From: Verrucomicrobiia bacterium
GTDB lineage: Bacteria > Verrucomicrobiota > Verrucomicrobiia > Limisphaerales > UBA1319
Direction: 5' to 3'
Length of the DNA: 64,000 bases
NCBI GenBank assembly: GCA_963664225.1
Contig: OY760937.1
Span: forward strand, 1,152,001-1,216,000
Shown here: positions 20,765 through 29,820 of the stretch, in pieces
Layout of the letters: each line of letters opens with the position of its first letter
Numbering within the stretch: the stretch's first letter is position 1
Program-made: the position numbers and the translations under genes
Notes under the pieces: model-generated
The model's database searches: none
The model's input: the letters and a program-made list of their open reading frames with translations, nothing else
Told to the model about the DNA's origin: nothing

Positions 20765-23170
20765 TTATTCTTTGGGCTTGAAGTTCTTCAAGTTGTCGAT
20801 CAGCGACTTTATCTGGGCGTTGTTTGGATCGAACTTCAGACTCGTTTCCGCAATCAGTAGCGCATCTTTCGCTCGGCCTGAGGTGATCAATAGATTAACG
20901 TAGCGGAAGAGTGTTTCCGGGCTGGTGGGGCAAAGGGCGTAAGCTTGCCGAAAGGCGTAATCAGCTTCTTTCGTCATCCTCTGCTTCTCGTCCGGAGTTC
21001 TGGCGTTGGTGGCGCGCCAGGCGTAAAGGCCGCCAATGGCGCTGCGCAGCTTGGAGAAGGCCTTCTGAGCCCATGTATCCGCGATGAATTGAGGATCGCC
21101 AGTGAATCCACCCAGATCATGCTTGAGGTAAACCTTCTCTGCGAAGGCGGCAATCTCGGCAACCGACGTGTCTTCTTTGAGCCAATCGCCCATCATGGGC
21201 TGGAGATACCGTATCCAATATTCGCGGTCCTTTTGAGCCAGTTCCTGTGAGAGGCTCTCCAGCGGTTTGCGATTGATTTTTAGGATCAGCCCGTTGGGCG
21301 AGAGGTGGGGATACATCCATTCAAGTGGAAAGCTTTCCTCGATGTAAAACTCGCGATCGGGGTTGCGATCGAAAATGGTTTTTGTGAGCAGGCCATTAAT
21401 GTTCATGACGGCGACTTGGCCGCTGACCTGCACTTTGTTGTCTTTCATCCGCACATCTTCGCCTGGCTTGAGTTTGTTCTCATTGAGCCGTCGGGTGGCA
21501 TCGGACGTATATTCCATGAAGGATTTTTGAGAATCTTCACCAGTGAGGGTATGGATGTTCGGGCCATACATCGCCCGCACGTATTCCAAGTAAGTGGCAT
21601 CGGCCAGGGCGTTCTGCGTGATGGTGTAGAATGGTTTTCCATCGGCATGAGATTCGGACATGGCAGTGATCACGCCGCGACCGGGATCGGTGCCGCCGAA
21701 GTAAATGCTGCCGGGCGGTATCGATTTGATGATGTCATTGCCATAGGCCAGAACATATTTTTCCTTCCAGTTGGAAAACTCCTGCCATGCAAGGTCTGTC
21801 TCAAGGATCGGGCTCCAGACCTTATCCAACGAATCATCCGCTTTCGTCCCTTCGTACTGATGGGCCCGTCCACGCATGGCAACCCAAAGATTTGTGGCCT
21901 TGGTCCAATCCCCGGATTTGCCCGCCTCAAAATAGGGCCAAACCTCCGGGGCCACGGGATTTCCTTCAGCCAGCTTCCGCGCCTGGGCTTCCTTGGCTGC
22001 AAAGAAGGAGCGCAAACGGGCATCGAACCACGGCTTCGCATTGGCTTCGGGCGTCGATGCATTGACCTCGGTCTTCTGCGCGGCAACGCAGGCGACCAGT
22101 GCAAGCACGGCGACTGAGCACAAACTTACGAGCAAGGTGTGTGGAGTGCTGCGAGGGCGGGAGGCATCCACGATGGCAGTGATCCGATCCTTCAGGCGCG
22201 AGGACCTGGCCATGGCGATGGCTTCCACCGGAGGCACACAGCGCAAAGTCGTGGCGATTTCCACAAGATGCGTGGCGTAGTCCGAGGCCTTGCAGCCGCC
22301 GTTCAAGACCATGTCATCGCAGGCGCTTTCGCGTTCGATGCGCATCCGCCGCGCAGCCATCCAGACGAGAGGATTGAACCAGTAAGTTGCGCACGCAAGG
22401 CGGGCCACGAGTTGAGTCAGGAAATCCCGGCGTTTCACATGGGAGAGTTCGTGCAGCAGCACGACCTTGCGCCGTTCCTCCGGCCAGTTGTCTGCATTCG
22501 CAGGGAGAAGGATGACTGGGTGTAACCAGCCCCACGTCATAGGCATCACATCTTCATCCGATTGCAGCAGGGTGACAGGCCGTTGAACTGCCAATTCCGC
22601 GCAAAGCTGGCGCAACAACGGATTCCAGTCGGGATTTATCGGAGGCCTCATCTTACGGTGGAACGACCGGAGCCGCAATTGACCCACCACAATCGAAAGG
22701 AGGATGACACTTGCACCGGCCATCCAACCGGCCACTAGCAGAGCGGCCCAGCCTGTGGTAAAACGGGTTGTAAGTTGCGGCCTTGAGCCTCCTTGTGCGG
22801 CGGCGGATTTTGTGGGAGCCGTGACAGATGAAGGCGCAGTCGTTTGAGTTTTGGCAGTCGTGGGCATTCTTGCTGGGACAAACTCGAGGGTGAGGGTGAG
22901 TTCATTATTGGCGTTCGCGCGCGTCCCTACTGTCCATAGCGGCCTTTGCCAGGAGGGCAGCACTTGTGAAAGGACTGGCAAACAGAGTAATCCCGCCAGC
23001 GCCAGGAACCATACCAGGTGACGCGCGGATGAAGCACTCCGACGCAAGCAAAGGCAGGCGCCGCATGCGACAATAAGAATGACGAGGCTTTTCAGTATGG
23101 CATCCAGAAACATCGCAGCGAACTGGGAGTGCTGGAGCGAGTATAATGTGGCAACGGTCCACGGGGTCAT
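20765..23170 (-). CDS. BlaR1/MecR1-like M56 metallopeptidase with a DUF2723-derived C-terminal extracytoplasmic domain
   Basis: TM helices, HELSHVKRRD (HExxH), WFNPLVW and ERESACDD; C-terminal ~320 aa align by eye with the 45690-49538 protein. Confidence 0.9.
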   Translation of the reverse strand: MTPWTVATLYSLQHSQFAAMFLDAILKSLVILIVACGACLCLRRSASSARHLVWFLALAGLLCLPVLSQVLPSWQRPLWTVGTRANANNELTLTLEFVPARMPTTAKTQTTAPSSVTAPTKSAAAQGGSRPQLTTRFTTGWAALLVAGWMAGASVILLSIVVGQLRLRSFHRKMRPPINPDWNPLLRQLCAELAVQRPVTLLQSDEDVMPMTWGWLHPVILLPANADNWPEERRKVVLLHELSHVKRRDFLTQLVARLACATYWFNPLVWMAARRMRIERESACDDMVLNGGCKASDYATHLVEIATTLRCVPPVEAIAMARSSRLKDRITAIVDASRPRSTPHTLLVSLCSVAVLALVACVAAQKTEVNASTPEANAKPWFDARLRSFFAAKEAQARKLAEGNPVAPEVWPYFEAGKSGDWTKATNLWVAMRGRAHQYEGTKADDSLDKVWSPILETDLAWQEFSNWKEKYVLAYGNDIIKSIPPGSIYFGGTDPGRGVITAMSESHADGKPFYTITQNALADATYLEYVRAMYGPNIHTLTGEDSQKSFMEYTSDATRRLNENKLKPGEDVRMKDNKVQVSGQVAVMNINGLLTKTIFDRNPDREFYIEESFPLEWMYPHLSPNGLILKINRKPLESLSQELAQKDREYWIRYLQPMMGDWLKEDTSVAEIAAFAEKVYLKHDLGGFTGDPQFIADTWAQKAFSKLRSAIGGLYAWRATNARTPDEKQRMTKEADYAFRQAYALCPTSPETLFRYVNLLITSGRAKDALLIAETSLKFDPNNAQIKSLIDNLKNFKPKE

Positions 23171-23171
23171 A

Positions 23172-23555
23172 TTAGCGGTTATCCTTTCTGGCTTTTTCTA
23201 TGAGTTGTTGAAGATTGGTTAAGTCTGATTCTGAAAGTTTCGTATCCGCCGTCTCGAGAAGGGTCGCCATGGTTTGGGCCACTGACCCTTGAAAAAATGT
23301 CGAGACCACGCGTTTCAAGGCCGAGCGACGTGCAGTCTCGGGCGATGTGCGGGAGACATACACGTAGCGGGCCCCGTCTCGGCGATGGCGCACATGGCCT
23401 TTTTCCTCGAGGATGCGGAGCAGGGCACGAACGGCAGAATAACCTGGAGGTTCGGGCAGGTCGGCGAGGACTTCCGCTGCGGTGGCCTGGCCTTTGGAAT
23501 GGAGAACATCCATGATCTGACGTTCGCGGCGGCTGAGTTGTTGATCGTTATTCAT
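23172..23555 (-). CDS. BlaI/MecI/CopY-family transcriptional repressor
   Basis: LSRRERQIMDVL, YSAVRALLRILEEKG and FFQGS; lies 1 nt upstream of the M56 gene. Confidence 0.93.
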   Translation of the reverse strand: MNNDQQLSRRERQIMDVLHSKGQATAAEVLADLPEPPGYSAVRALLRILEEKGHVRHRRDGARYVYVSRTSPETARRSALKRVVSTFFQGSVAQTMATLLETADTKLSESDLTNLQQLIEKARKDNR

Positions 23556-23561
23556 GCTTAA

Positions 23562-23622
23562 GTGCTAAAAAAGTAGCACATCGGCCTGAGGTGTCAAAAA
23601 GAATATGCTAAAATATTAGCAT
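23562..23622 (-). promoter_or_regulatory. sigma70 promoter (TTGACA-N16-TACTTT, extended -10) with two TGCTA-N6-TAGCA operators
   Basis: Palindromes at 23562-23579 and 23605-23622; -35 at 23597-23592 and -10 at 23575-23570 on the minus strand. Confidence 0.75.
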
Positions 23623-23766
23623 TATTTGTGGGCGCTGAATTCGACCATTGAAACAAGGCGCGCAGGTGCCTGCCATTTACCCCGATCCGGCTTCTTGCAG
23701 AACGAGGCTCTGTATTACTGCGTGCGAATTATTGCAACGGAATCACCAGACAAGAACTGTCATACT

Positions 23767-25107
23767 TCACCGGCCTGCGCCCCAGGCGGTGCCGAAGGGA
23801 TTTATATGAACGCGATAGGTCTTGCTGCTGTGAAGCAGCGAGTGGCGTGTGAGTAGAAATGCCAACGCAATAGTGACTCCCACAATGATACTGATGAGAC
23901 TAAAGGAAATTTCGTGGTTCGTGAAAAATACTGTGGGCACGATCTGGAATAGAATCACCGTGAAAAGCATCAAGGCAAAAGCATCCCTTCCCGCACCCAA
24001 CCAGCTTACAAAAACAACACACATCGCGGCAGGCGCGAGAATTAGCGCATAACTTCTTAAGATCATTATTGCCGACGGAGTACCCGAGGTTAATCCTGAG
24101 ACTCCTGCCACAAAGGCCCCAACCGCGATCAGCGGTAGAAGAACCAATCCAATCATCACAGCGGTGAGTTTGGTGGCGGACATGGGGAGTGTACGCAAAA
24201 GGCGTATTTGCAGCAGTGTGGGCATGATGGCAAAGATAATAATGAGCCAGAAGGGCATCGTATTACCTACACCTGCAATGCTGTCCATGACTCGCTTCAA
24301 CGACGTCAAATGCCCCTGTAAAGCCAAAAACACCGGCATCATGACAAACATCACCAGACCGATTAAGAAGGACCGGACAAACGTCGTGCTGATCAAATAT
24401 GGAATTCCCCCAAACCCCGCGGGCGCACGGTGCTGCCCGCGCGGATCTTTGGACTGCAGCCCCGCGAGACGGAAACTGGCGCGGCCAATGACGAATTGTT
24501 CGGCCCGGAACCAGCCGAAGACGGTCAACGAACCGCCAACTGCCAAAAAGCATCCAAATTTAACGGGAGCTTTCAAAACGTCCTGGAAAAACAAAAAGCC
24601 GCCGCCGATCATCAATCCCCACATCATGCTAAAGAAGACATTTCGCGCGCGAACCCACCAGTTCCCATACCAGCCGCGCGAGGTGCTGAAGATAATGGTG
24701 AAGCCTATCCCCAACCATAGCAGGGTAACGAGGCCACACAGAGCAAGCCGGACGAACGGCACAGTCTTGTCGGGGTGAAACAATTGAAAAGTTTCCGCCC
24801 CTAGGATCAGGATTGCGTTCAACGCGACTGCGGGGATGCCAACGGTCGCGAGCCACCAGGCGCGTCCGATTTGTTTGCACGTCAGCGGCAATGCTGCAAC
24901 GGTGCGTGCGAGACCATGCTGGAAATCAAACGCAAGCAGGAACGCGCCTGTGAATAAGGCGACTTGGATTTGAATGCTCGAAGCCATGTCAAACGTGTTT
25001 TCAAGCGCCCTGCCCGAGGTGGACACACCAATTGCGAATTCAACCACCGCGGCAAGTACCAGCACCCACCACCAGCGCCGATAGTGATCGAGAATCAAGC
25101 GTTTCAT
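23767..25107 (-). CDS. Multi-pass membrane protein, probable ABC permease
   Basis: About 12 hydrophobic segments; ATGA overlap with the ABC ATPase. Confidence 0.75.
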   Translation of the reverse strand: MKRLILDHYRRWWWVLVLAAVVEFAIGVSTSGRALENTFDMASSIQIQVALFTGAFLLAFDFQHGLARTVAALPLTCKQIGRAWWLATVGIPAVALNAILILGAETFQLFHPDKTVPFVRLALCGLVTLLWLGIGFTIIFSTSRGWYGNWWVRARNVFFSMMWGLMIGGGFLFFQDVLKAPVKFGCFLAVGGSLTVFGWFRAEQFVIGRASFRLAGLQSKDPRGQHRAPAGFGGIPYLISTTFVRSFLIGLVMFVMMPVFLALQGHLTSLKRVMDSIAGVGNTMPFWLIIIFAIMPTLLQIRLLRTLPMSATKLTAVMIGLVLLPLIAVGAFVAGVSGLTSGTPSAIMILRSYALILAPAAMCVVFVSWLGAGRDAFALMLFTVILFQIVPTVFFTNHEISFSLISIIVGVTIALAFLLTRHSLLHSSKTYRVHINPFGTAWGAGR

Positions 25108-25985
25108 GCGGCCTCCTCTTCCTTGACGAGGGCCACGAACAAATCCTCCAGCGTCAGGCGCGTGAGCGAGATTTGTTGCGCTCCGCGCGTTTCGAGCCAA
25201 TCCAATGCCCCACTTTCCTGGTCGAGCAAAGCTTGCCAGCGGTTTTCGGTCCGCCTCAAAATGGTAAGGCCCTCTCGATTCTGGAATGTCGTGCCGTTAT
25301 TGGTGAAAAACTCCACAAAGCGGTAGCGGTCCACGACTTTGTCGGTCCGCCCTTCGAGAAGCAGTTTGCCGTCCTTGATCATCCCTATGTGGTCGGCGAA
25401 ACGTTCGATGTCGCTTAAACCATGTGACGAAATCAGCACAGTGTGCTCGCCATCCTCGACGGCCTTGAGAAGTTCGCCGAACACCTGCTGCTTGGAAACA
25501 GCATCGAGGCCGGTGGTCGGTTCATCGAGGATCAATATGTCCGGTCGGCGTGAAAGCGCCAGCAGGAGGCTCAACTTGGTTTTTGCGCCAAAGGACAGTG
25601 TGGCAATTTTGTCCGTATCACTGAGATTAAAGGCCTTCATCAATGTGGCGCAGTAGGAGTCATCCCATTCGGGATAAAAGCCGCGCACGAATCGGATGGC
25701 TTTCCCGACCTTGCCCCAAACCTGGAAATTCAAATCGGGGCTGACATAGGCAGCGCGGCGTTTGAGTGCCACAGCATCGGAGCGATGGTCGAGGTCCAGC
25801 ACGCGTATTTCCCCTGCGTCGTTTCTTCCCATGCCGAAGATCAAATCAATGGCCGTCGTTTTGCCCGCGCCATTCGGTCCGATGAGGCCATAGATCGCGC
25901 CGAGTGGAACAGTCAGGTCAAGGGGCCCGAGTTGGAAGCGTGGATACTTTTTGACAAGTCCGCGGATTTCGATGGCATTGGTCAT
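25104..25985 (-). CDS. ABC transporter ATP-binding protein (YtrB-like)
   Basis: Walker A GPNGAGKT, signature LSFG, Walker B ILDEP and SSH switch. Confidence 0.93.
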   Translation of the reverse strand: MTNAIEIRGLVKKYPRFQLGPLDLTVPLGAIYGLIGPNGAGKTTAIDLIFGMGRNDAGEIRVLDLDHRSDAVALKRRAAYVSPDLNFQVWGKVGKAIRFVRGFYPEWDDSYCATLMKAFNLSDTDKIATLSFGAKTKLSLLLALSRRPDILILDEPTTGLDAVSKQQVFGELLKAVEDGEHTVLISSHGLSDIERFADHIGMIKDGKLLLEGRTDKVVDRYRFVEFFTNNGTTFQNREGLTILRRTENRWQALLDQESGALDWLETRGAQQISLTRLTLEDLFVALVKEEEAA

Positions 25986-26030
25986 AGTGTCTTTGGGTCG
26001 GGTTTTGGTCTTGGCGCCAATGAAATCCAG

Positions 26031-26306
26031 TCAGCGCAGCGCGAAGGCAATGCCTGCCCCCAGGATGGCGCAGGCGACCGCGGCAATGGCCATTGTCCTC
26101 ATCTGGCCGCGATTTTGGATCCGCTTTCCAAAGGCGGCAAAATAGGCAATCAAGCTGATGACTGAAAAGGCCACCATGGCGATTCCCCCTCCGTATTTGC
26201 CCAATGGCAAAGCCGGGATGATGATTAACAGGATTACGACAAGGGCGGAGGAGAAAGCCACCTCGTCCGCCTTCATTCTCTGCGTCTCATTTGATTTCAT
26301 AAGCAT
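26031..26306 (-). CDS. Small 3-TM membrane protein
   Basis: Three hydrophobic segments; same strand, between the GntR and ATPase genes. Confidence 0.55.
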   Translation of the reverse strand: MLMKSNETQRMKADEVAFSSALVVILLIIIPALPLGKYGGGIAMVAFSVISLIAYFAAFGKRIQNRGQMRTMAIAAVACAILGAGIAFALR

Positions 26307-26402
26307 ATTGACTGGTTAATGGTGTGTCTGCGTGCCTAAAACCAGTGCCATTAGTGGCATCGGCGGGGACACGTCCGGCAAATTGATTGGAGAGGTCCGC
26401 GT

Positions 26403-26804
26403 TCATTGCTTCTCCTTGAGAATTTCACGGGCAAGTTCAAGAATTTCGGCGGGCTTCAATCCAGCTTCGGCGGCTTCACGAAAGCCCTCACGAAAAAGAC
26501 CGCGCGCTGCGACGAGTTTCGTTTCGCGACTGCGGTCGTGCCCCTGTTCGGCCACAAACGTTCCCAGACCCTGTCGGCGGAAGATGATGCCTTCGCGCTC
26601 CAGTTCCTCGTAAGCCCGCTTGACGGTAATGACGCTGACGAGCAAATCCTCCGCGAGATGGCGGAAAGAGGGCAGGGCGACACCGGGCTCTAGGCGGCCC
26701 TCGCTGATCTCGCGTTTCAGGCGGTCAACGATCTGCTGGTAAAGCGTGCCGCCGGCGGCGGGCGAGATCGGGCCGATCAACCAGGATTTGGGTTCGTTCG
26801 TCAC
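26403..26804 (-). CDS. GntR-family regulator, YtrA subfamily
   Basis: LYQQI...LPSFRHLA...SVITVKRAYEELE...GLGTFV with a short C-terminus, upstream of ABC genes. GTG start at 26804 inferred from the promoter position. Confidence 0.9.
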   Translation of the reverse strand: MTNEPKSWLIGPISPAAGGTLYQQIVDRLKREISEGRLEPGVALPSFRHLAEDLLVSVITVKRAYEELEREGIIFRRQGLGTFVAEQGHDRSRETKLVAARGLFREGFREAAEAGLKPAEILELAREILKEKQ

Positions 26805-26843
26805 TGTGGATACAGTATATAACAGATATATACACCGAGTCAA
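26803..26843 (-). promoter_or_regulatory. Promoter TTGACT-N18-TATACT with overlapping inverted repeats (candidate YtrA operator)
   Basis: The minus strand reads TTGACT cggtGTATATatctgttATATACTGTatccACAGTG. Confidence 0.65.
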
Positions 26844-27175
26844 AAAATATTTTCAAAAATGCAAACAATTGTCAAATTCCCCTTCCCATCCGGGTATCCG
26901 GGAGATGCCGCTGGAATTCAATCGAGTCGCAAGTTGTCAGCATTGATATGTTAAGCGAACCTTGCTGGCCGTGTCCGACGCGTGAGGTTTGAGCGCGGAG
27001 GAAGGAGTGAGATGCATCGAAACGCGGCCCAAGCTGAGGGTGTCAATTGGAGATGTTAGGAGTGCGGATGCTAGGCTGGCTAGATCCCGCATTTCTCATC
27101 CTAAGCAGTTAAATCAACTCGCACCCAATTATGGTTTGCTTGTTTTCTTAATTGAATTCAAACAGTTTAAAGATC

Positions 27176-27478
27176 TCAAGCCAATCGACCGGCGCGTTGA
27201 TTCCAGAAGTGTGCAAATAGGATGTTCAAAGGCAATTCAAACATCATCACGAGGACGAACATCGACAACCACACCATTGGTTCGATTCGGCCTATGAAGA
27301 AAAAGATCAGGCCAATCCCTATTCCCATCCCCGGAAGCCCGAGCAGGAAACTGCTTAAAAGGATGTAATTACGGCTGATGCGACGATGTTTGTCTGGCCG
27401 AAGCCAGTTCAAACCAAACCAAGTGACATCGCTATCAGCGATTTGAAGAAACCAGCGCTCAATTGTTTTCATATGCAC
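27176..27478 (-). CDS. Small hypothetical membrane protein
   Basis: 100 aa, two hydrophobic segments, lower GC than flanking genes. Confidence 0.55.
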   Translation of the reverse strand: MHMKTIERWFLQIADSDVTWFGLNWLRPDKHRRISRNYILLSSFLLGLPGMGIGIGLIFFFIGRIEPMVWLSMFVLVMMFELPLNILFAHFWNQRAGRLA

Positions 27479-27654
27479 AGCCCCAATAAGTTCTGTTCCG
27501 CAGGCGTTCCATGGAAACCGTCCAATTAAAGAACTGAATGTTCCGGTGAAAGGTAACGCAGGACAGGGGCAGATACAAATAAAAGCAATTGCCGGGAAAA
27601 CTCAAGGGTTCAAATTTTATGGTGTATTATAACAGTGACCTGACAAAAGTCTTT

Positions 27655-28851
27655 TCATTGTTTTGAGTGGGGTGAATTTGTGCCGACGGACTCGAGCCAG
27701 GCAATTGGAAAACGGGCAAAGCCGATGCGATTGTAACTGTCGGTTTCAAAGAGACAGCCCACGGCGTTGTCTGCGGTCTTTGTGAGTGCGCTGTAGGCGA
27801 AGCTGCCGGGCCAAAGGAGGCGTTTCACGGGCCAGGTGCGACCGTCGTCGAGGCTCAGGTGAACGGTGCCGGTGTCGCGCTTCATGCTGTCTGGACCGCT
27901 GTAGAGGATCCGGCCGCGCCCGGCGCCGTCGCAGAAGGAGTAACGGAAGATGCTGGCGTTACAACTTGGATCGCGCAGTTCCGGCACATTTTCGACGGCG
28001 GACCAAGTCCTTCCGCCATCCCTGCTTACGGAAGTCTTGCGGAGTTTTGCGCCCGCGAATGCGCGGGAGTTTAGCCGCACGGAGCCGTCGCTTAGTTCAA
28101 CCATTTGGGCCTCATTGAGCTGGCTGCGGCGACCTTGTTTGTCATCGGGCACAAACGCGCCGGGAACGTTTTCGCCGTAGTTCCATGTGCGGCCATGATC
28201 GTCGCTGAAGACTGCAAAGTTGTTCCATTGCCAGTAAGGTCCTTCGTTGAAGGGGATGATGAGGCGGCCTTTGTGCGGCCCGCGTGTGAGTTGGATGCCG
28301 TTACCCGGTCCGCTGGCGAGGGTTGTTGCGGCGGTGGGCCGTTTAGTGGAGCGCGTCACGTCCATTGGTTTGGTCCAGGTGACGCCGTCGTCATCCGACC
28401 AGAGCAGCAAATTGCGATAGACATTCGTTCCCTCGTAGCCGGTTTCGATCGAAGCGCTCGCCTCCTTCAGGTGCGAGGGGATGCGCTGAATCATCAGATA
28501 CACACGACCGGTCTGCTGTTCCACAACGACTGTGGGGTTATTGAGCGAATTCGCGCCATCCTCGGCAATGAGCATGAGGGGTCCCCAAGTTTTTCCGTTG
28601 TCGGCGCTTCGTTTGAGGAGGATGTCGTTGGAGGCCTGGTCGGTGGCCGCCGCGCGACCTTCTGCAAATGCGAGGACTGTTCCCGCCTTCGAAACGGCCA
28701 CAGCGGGAATACGGATGGATTTGTAGCCCTCTTTATCTGAGATGAAAACGTCGGAGAACTCTGGTTCTTCTGCGAGGGTGACGCTGGCCGCAACCGCGCC
28801 CACCACCGCCAAAAACGTCCGCAGCGCAAATGAAGAAATTCTGTCTTTCAT
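27655..28851 (-). CDS. Exo-alpha-sialidase (GH33)
   Basis: RIP motif, five Asp-boxes (SxDxGxTW), AYS near the C-terminus and a signal peptide. Confidence 0.92.
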   Translation of the reverse strand: MKDRISSFALRTFLAVVGAVAASVTLAEEPEFSDVFISDKEGYKSIRIPAVAVSKAGTVLAFAEGRAAATDQASNDILLKRSADNGKTWGPLMLIAEDGANSLNNPTVVVEQQTGRVYLMIQRIPSHLKEASASIETGYEGTNVYRNLLLWSDDDGVTWTKPMDVTRSTKRPTAATTLASGPGNGIQLTRGPHKGRLIIPFNEGPYWQWNNFAVFSDDHGRTWNYGENVPGAFVPDDKQGRRSQLNEAQMVELSDGSVRLNSRAFAGAKLRKTSVSRDGGRTWSAVENVPELRDPSCNASIFRYSFCDGAGRGRILYSGPDSMKRDTGTVHLSLDDGRTWPVKRLLWPGSFAYSALTKTADNAVGCLFETDSYNRIGFARFPIAWLESVGTNSPHSKQ

Positions 28852-28968
28852 GTAAAAATATTCTTTCAAAGTGAGTTTCATTACCAGCGGATAACGACAT
28901 TCGACTGGGTGGTGATTTGACTCAATCAGATATGGATGAATCATCCAGTTTCTGATTTAATCTTCAAC

Positions 28969-29805
28969 ATGATCGCCGAATTAATGCGCCTGTTGAGTCC
29001 ATTAGCGGAACCGTTGGGAATGTTATGGCTCTTGATGTGCATGCTTTCCATTTACCTTGTATTGAAGCGCCACTTGTTGGGAGCGCTGATGCTTGCGATT
29101 TGCGCCGTGGCGTTTTCCATCATTGGCGCCAGTGCGCTGGGGGAAAACCTGCTTGGATCCCTGGAACGCCCTTATATCCGGTCGAACTTGAATGATGTGC
29201 CCGTTTGCGACGCGGTGATCATGCTCGGGGGATTCCACCGGACATCCTCCTATGACGCGTTCGGTTTCGATTTGGGCAACGCCTCGGATCGCATTGTGAC
29301 CGCCGTGGAATTGATGCGTTTGAAGAAGGCCAAAGTCCTCGTTTTAAGCGGCGGCACCAGCATGGATGGAAATACAAAATTTAATCCGGCGGTCTTGCTG
29401 CAAAAATGGTTTACATCCTGGAATATTCCCGCCGGGCAGGTGATCTATCTGGCTCCGTGCCGCAACACATGGGAAGAGGCCCTGGCCGTCAAAGAATTGG
29501 CGCGGCAACAAAGGTGGAGCCGGTTTTTGCTCGTCAGTTCGGCTTATCATTTGAGACGCGCTGAGGCGGTGTTCAAATCGACCGGACTGGACGTGACCAG
29601 TGTAGGCTGTGATTATCAGGTTGTCGGGACTGAAAAAGGCACACGGTTCAGCGGGCCGGTGCCGCGTTCATCATCGATTCTTCAGTTGGAATGTTACCTC
29701 CATGAGGAACTGGGATGGTGGCTTTATCGGGCCAATGGCTGGGTGGGGGATTCGACATCAACGAATGCGACCAAGGCCGAAAAGGAAAAGACAGTGCAAA
29801 AGTAA
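28969..29805 (+). CDS. YdcF/ElyC (DUF218) family envelope protein
   Basis: N-terminal TMs; MLGG, LSGG, RNTWEEA and SSAYHLRRA motifs. Confidence 0.85.
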   Translation: MIAELMRLLSPLAEPLGMLWLLMCMLSIYLVLKRHLLGALMLAICAVAFSIIGASALGENLLGSLERPYIRSNLNDVPVCDAVIMLGGFHRTSSYDAFGFDLGNASDRIVTAVELMRLKKAKVLVLSGGTSMDGNTKFNPAVLLQKWFTSWNIPAGQVIYLAPCRNTWEEALAVKELARQQRWSRFLLVSSAYHLRRAEAVFKSTGLDVTSVGCDYQVVGTEKGTRFSGPVPRSSSILQLECYLHEELGWWLYRANGWVGDSTSTNATKAEKEKTVQK

Positions 29806-29820
29806 TGATCAATGCACCGC

